The translations under genes and the position numbers were made by a program. From Squalus acanthias (Eukaryota), in contig CM059432.1 in NCBI GenBank assembly GCA_030390025.1, forward strand, positions 129,582,001 through 129,646,000: DNA of 64,000 bases, given 5' to 3'. Position 1 is the stretch's first letter. Every line of letters begins with the position of its first letter. The notes beneath the pieces are model-generated. The model made no database searches and was not told the DNA's origin. It saw only the letters and a list, made by a program, of their open reading frames with translations. This document shows, piece by piece, positions 59,175-64,000 of this stretch.

Positions 59175-60175
59175 GGGCTCGATTTTGCCAGTGTGGGCGG
59201 GCTGGGGCGTGTCAGGTGGCATTCGTGTCAGGACCCCGACTCTGAAGTGAAGTGGGGAAAAAGTGTGATTTTCCCCTAATTGGGCAATTGATTTCCAGCG
59301 TGTGGGAACCCCTGGCCCAATGAGTCTTTTCATACAGAAAGTTGCCTCCGATGACGTCATCAATGCTGCTGGATTTAAGGCCTGCAAGCAGCCTTGCTTC
59401 TTCTGGAGACTGCAAACTTTATGGTGATTGTAGTAAGGAATTAATTGATCGACTATGTCCAGCAGCAGGCAAAAGTGTGCTCCACGCTTTGATGAGCCCT
59501 CCCTCCAAGCTCTGGTGGAGGGAGCAAGATCGAATAAGGAGGTGCTCTTCCCTTCCTCAGGGAGAAAAAAGCCACCCCAGCAGACTAAAGCTGTGTGTAT
59601 GCAAGCGGCCCAGGAGGTCAACTCCATATCGATGAGCCGCAGAACCTGGCTGCAATGCAGAAAGAGGTTTCATGACCTTCTCCGCACAGTAAAAGTGACT
59701 TTGACTTTCCCATCTCCCTCAATCTGATCCCCATCGCCTCTCCTCACCAGCACTCTGCTTTGCTAACCTCTTCCTCCACATCCCACTTGACACTTACATC
59801 CCTGCACCCTTACCCATTGCCTCTCTCTCTATGGCTACATTCACTTAACTATTCGACCATGTAGCCCTCACACTCCCGATCACTGTGAGGCCGCCAGGAT
59901 TACCTGGCGTGTTCCAGAGGAGGCGTGTAGGATGGGGGAAATGTCTAAAAATCAGAAAGGCCTCTCAAAATTAGATTATAGAGGCAATTAACTGGTTGTT
60001 AAGGGCCTAACCCGCCTCTTGGAGGTGGGATGGAAACGGGGTCTGAAACCCTGATTCTGGGTAAATTGCTCGGAGGCGGGATGGAGGCGGGATCGGGCCC
60101 ACATGCCAATTTTTGAGATTTTAACACCTCACACGCCTCCAATCCCACCTCCTCGGGCCTGGCAAAATCGAGCCC
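59175..60175. mobile_element. Non-autonomous Harbinger element carrying a Myb/SANT-like exon
   Basis: Perfect 17-bp TIR GGGCTCGATTTTGCCAG / CTGGCAAAATCGAGCCC, flanks TGT/TAT. Confidence 0.9.
59455..59727 (+). CDS. Harbinger-associated Myb/SANT-like DNA-binding domain (open first exon; downstream exons absent)
   Basis: APRFDEPSLQALVEGARSNKEVLFPSSGRKK...SRRTWLQCRKRFHDL. It aligns with the 2513-2790 remnant. A donor-like AAA|GTGACT lies at 59695. Confidence 0.7.
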   Translation: MSSSRQKCAPRFDEPSLQALVEGARSNKEVLFPSSGRKKPPQQTKAVCMQAAQEVNSISMSRRTWLQCRKRFHDLLRTVKVTLTFPSPSI

Positions 60176-60645
60176 TATGACTCTATGCTATTTGCCTTCC
60201 TAATTGCTTACTGTACCTGCATGCTAACTTTCTGTGTTTCCTGTACAAGGACAGCTAAATCTCTCTGAACACCAACAGTTAATCATTTCTCACCACTTAA
60301 AAAATATTCTGTTTTTCTATTCTTCCTACCAAAGTGAATAACCTCACATTTCCCCACATTGCACTCCCTCTGCCACCTTATTGCCCACTCACTTAACCTT
60401 TGCAGGCTCTTTGTGTCCTCCTCACGGCTTACTTTTCCACCTAGCTTTGTATCGTCAGCAAACTTGGATACATTGCACTCGGTCCCTTCATCTAGGTCAT
60501 TAATAGAGATTGTAAATAGCTGAGTCCTAAGCACTGATCCTTGCAGCACCCCACTAGTTACAGCCTGCTAACCGGAAAATGACCCGTTTATCCCTACTCT
60601 CTGTTGTCTGTCTGTTAACCAATCCTCTATCCATGCTAATATATC

Positions 60646-60838
60646 ACCCCTCCACCTTTCAACCTCCTTCTCCTCTGTTAAGAACCTCCTTAAATCCAAC
60701 CTCTTTTACTAAGATTTTGGTCTCCTCACCTAATATCTCTTTCTGTGACTTGGCATCTGCTTTTCTTTTCTACTGTGAATTGTCTATTTTTCTACATTAA
60801 AAGTGGCACATCATTGCAAGTTGTTGTTTTTGTTGTTA
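60646..60838 (+). mobile_element. Old L2-type LINE 3' end
   Basis: CTCCTTAAATCCAACCTCTTT ... CATTAAAAGTGGCAC...TGCAAGTTGTTG tail. Confidence 0.65.
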
Positions 60839-61082
60839 TATTTTCATTCTTCGCTTGTTATACACATGGATGTCTGGACACTTGCTTAGCAGATATGGAG
60901 AACAGCTAAATTAGCTTAAAATCAGAACTAAGAACAGGACTTAAGAACATAAGAACAGGATTTAATCAGATCATGGCTGATCTGTACCTCAACTCCATTT
61001 ACCCGCTTTATTGTCCATTTTAGTCTCACCTGCATCTGTCTTTAATGGGCCCACATTCCTGCTTACCACTCTCTCGTTCCCT

Positions 61083-61317
61083 TACAAAGTTAGGTGGGAC
61101 AGTAAGCTGTGAGGAGGACACAAAGAGCCTGCAAAGGGATATAGACAGATTAAGTGAGTGGGCAATAAGGTGGCAGATGGAGTGTAATGTGGGGAAATGT
61201 GAGGTTATTCACTTTGGTAGGAAGAATAGAAAAACAGAATATATTTTTTAAATGGTGAGAAACTATTAAATGTTGGTGTTCAGAGAGATTTAGGTATCCT
61301 CGTACAGGAAACACAGA
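61083..61317 (+). mobile_element. CR1 RT fragment
   Basis: TKLGGTVSCEEDTKSLQRDIDRLSEWAIRWQMECNVGKCEVIHFGRKN. It is an inverted homologue of about 60232-60450. Confidence 0.9.
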
Positions 61318-61625
61318 GGGCTAGAAATTCGGCGCCTCTGCGTCTGCCGTTAGCGCCTCCGGGGGGCGCTAACGGGGCACAAAGGGCTTATCGGCCGGGG
61401 GGTGGAAAAAGCGCCTCCCGAGAAATTCGGCGGGGCGTTACTGGGGCGCTACCCAATAGCGCCGCGCCCCAGCCGGTAGTGCCCCGGGCCGCCGGCAATG
61501 ACGTCATCACCATGCGCCGCGACCCCTTAGCACCCCGTCGCGTCCCCTTACTGCCCCGCGGCAGAAATTCCACTGCGCCCCGCAAGGCTGCCGCGGGCGG
61601 TGTCAGCGCCAGCCTCGCGGGTCGC
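61318..61625. mobile_element. Truncated GC-rich Harbinger-type MITE related to 50235-50995
   Basis: Left TIR GGGCTAGAAATTCGG, CCGTTAGCGCC...GGGCGCTAACGGGGC and ATGACGTCAT. The right end is lost and it is fused to a CR1 tail (61626-61665). Confidence 0.75.
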
Positions 61626-62577
61626 CAAATGGCCTCCTTCTGTGCTGTAAGGTTCTATGATTCTAAGCATTCATAATTTCCTGAGTTGAAAATTTGAAGA
61701 AATTGGTACATCGGAACATCCTGCATAACCTGCATAATGTAATATTTGCAGTGCAGTGCTGATATCAGGCTAACACTGGATTAATTGATATTTTCATCAT
61801 TTGTTTCCTTTAATGTCTTTTAAAGCTTCATTACTTTTGTATGTCTGTCTAGTGTTTTAGCCCACTACACAGGAGTCTCTTGTGTGGTGCAGTTTGCTAA
61901 AACTGGGCATGAAAGGGATATGGAAATGTTAAATCCATTGCAAATCCCTTCAGTCTAAATTCTGTTGTAGACTAATCAATTCAGTCCTAAAATTGTTTAA
62001 TTTTCTCTTCTGGTAATAAAAGAAATTCTCAGATTAACTTTATTGCCCAAATGGTTTGAAGAAACAAGTGTAGTGATAACTTTATAATGCTGTATCAGAA
62101 AATGAAATCCATTTACTTACTATGCTAATATTCTCAAATATGGAACAGTTCAGCTTTGCTCACCACTATTTGGCTTTATTCAATGCTTACCATATTCCTG
62201 GAAAGGAACTCCAATATTAATGGTAGTTATTATACCCCTAAGCTTGAAAGTCATAAACTCTTAACTGGATTTAGTAGATAATTACTTTAAATTTAATAAG
62301 TGGCAATCTGTTTTACTGATTCTCAAAGCCAGTGTAACCTTAATAATATTTTTCACTTGCAGCAGCAAATATTTTGTGTACAAATCTAAAGCACGCTGGA
62401 ACCCATGCCTTATCATGTGATTGTGTACCAAAAAACGTCAGAATTATATTGAAAGGGAAAATAGTAGGAATGGAATGTAAAGTGTCACATCCCTCCTACT
62501 CCTTTATTCCTGAAGGACGTTCATTGTCTGAGAAATGAGCATTTTAATGAGGCCTGAAGCTACCCTTGTACAATACT

Positions 62578-64000
62578 GGGGCAATTTTACCCCCCTCCCC
62601 CCCACCCCACCACACAGCTCCCCCTGCCGGGTGGAAATTGCGTGGGAGAGGTTAAAATCGGGCGTATAGACTTACCGCACCAACGTCGTTCCGTTCGTAC
62701 CCGGTGCCATTTTGCCTTCGCTGACTTTCCAGGTGACCAAGGCTCCCGATGCAGACAGGCAGAGGCTCATGAATACGATGCAAATCAGGGCCCTATGGTG
62801 TAATTAGGACCCCAACGTTAGTTTAACTGGAAACAACATCCTGTTAGACAGAGAGCAGGATGCAGAAGTTAAAGGGGCTACGAGCTGCAGTAACTCAGAT
62901 CGGTTGCATCTGTGTGTAATGGAGCTTGTTGGAGTCGGAGTAATTAGGCATTTTCCAAATTGCTGATTTTTGACACTTTGGGCTCGATTTTAAAAGGTTT
63001 TTGGTTACTCACCCTCAAGAAGCAGTAAAAGCTTCGGATGGCTAGTGCTCTAGGTGAACTGTACTGAGTGTAGAAGAGGAGGAAGAAGAAGGGCAGCAGC
63101 AACATGAGCCGCAGAGGCCTCAATATGTAAGAGGAGCTAAAGTTGGACCTCTCAGAAGAGAGCAGATGAGGGGGTCCGCTTGCAGAAGGCCTTACCCACC
63201 CAACAGGGTCTACAAGCTAAGGGGCACCTTCCTCAAGATGACTGAGGAGCAATGCATGAGGAGGCTGCGCTTGTACAGCCAGGTTGCTGCTGACTTCTGC
63301 CGCCTTCTGCAGCAAGGGTTGCTGCCTGCTGGAGCAGGGAGTCATGCCATGCCAGTGGCTATAAAGGTCCCACCTGTCCTTGAACTTCTATGCCTCAGGA
63401 TTGTTCTAGGCTTCTACTGGGGACATCTCAAGGATTTTGCAGTCGGCCGTCCATAAGTGCATCAAGCAAGTGACCAATGCACTATTTTCCAGGGCAAACT
63501 AATGCAAATTGTTCCCTGTTGACTGATGACAACAGTCTAAATGACAGAGCCATTGGGTTTGCAGCAATGGTTGGCTTCCCCCGAGTGTAGGGCGCGATTG
63601 ACTGCTCTCATGTTGCCATCAGGGCACCTCAGGACAAGTCATGAACTCTCATAAACCACAAAGGGTTTCACTCCATCAACGTGCAATTTTTATGTGATCA
63701 CAGCAAATGGATCATGTAAATCTGTGTCCAATTCCCAGACAGTTTCCATGATTCATTCATTTTGCGGCAGTCAAATATCCTCCCACTTATCCAACCTGGC
63801 AAAAATGTTCAAGGATGGCTGCATGGGGACAACCTTTTCTACCATGGCTCATGAAACCCCTTGGCTTCTCCAGCACACCTGTGCAGATCAGGTATAACGG
63901 CAGTCAGTCCACCACGTGAAGGGTCATCAAGCTCACATCAGACTCCTGAAGCGATGCAAAGGCAAGGCAGATGCAGAGGAAGAAGGGCCTAAACAATCCC
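62578..64000 (+). mobile_element. Left end of a decayed autonomous Harbinger transposon
   Basis: TIR-like GGGGCAATTTTAC at 62578, followed by a transposase pseudogene. Confidence 0.75.
63038..63960 (+). pseudogene. Harbinger (HARBI1-like DDE_Tnp_4) transposase pseudogene
   Basis: RRPYPPNRVYK...MTEEQCMRRLR, PVAIKV, NFYASG, GFPRV*GAIDCSHVA (63591-63617), NHKGFHSINVQFLCD and HDSFIL, with multiple stops and frameshifts. Confidence 0.9.

Larger units (their letters stand above)
58595..60187 (+). mobile_element. Nested CR1 LINE 3' fragment (58595-59174 plus tail 60176-60187)
   Basis: ORFs 58597-58809 and 58816-59100 (…YGDRAGEWD). The tail is split by a Harbinger element. Confidence 0.92.
57937..60645 (-). 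mobile_element. CR1 LINE 3' portion (57937-58594 and 60188-60645), split by a nested CR1
   Basis: ORFs 58043-58348, 58345-58632 and 60283-60549 (QGSVL...KFADDTKLGG). Sequence AAGGCCAACATGCC resumes as ATGCTATTTGCCTTCC. Confidence 0.92.

Noticed and set aside
63038..63960. Host HARBI1 gene
   Set aside because: It has many stops and frameshifts and a TIR-like end upstream, so it is a transposon relic rather than the domesticated gene.

Overview
Eukaryotic, almost certainly cartilaginous-fish (shark-type) genomic DNA, inferred from the repeat content: HE1-like V-SINE, SacSINE1-like Deu-SINE, CR1/HER1-type LINEs, Penelope-like elements and Harbinger derivatives. The window is mostly repeats. A 27-kb array of a 25-bp monomer (17442-44514) runs straight into the 5' UTR of a near full-length, decayed CR1 LINE (44515-51010). 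That LINE is interrupted by a young 5'-truncated Penelope element (RT C-terminus, GIY-YIG endonuclease, minimal hammerhead-ribozyme motif, 13-bp TSD) and by a GC-rich Harbinger-type MITE. The rest is nested CR1 and L2 fragments, three SINE families, several Harbinger non-autonomous elements (two carrying Myb/SANT-like coding remnants), two Harbinger transposase pseudogenes and a 2-kb C/T-rich 23-bp minisatellite. The only host-gene candidate is a single 74-nt signal-peptide-like exon on the minus strand (6385-6458), which I could not identify. The giant ORFs in the track (up to 6074 aa) are most likely tandem-repeat artefacts. Family assignments come from motif recognition; no database searches were run.
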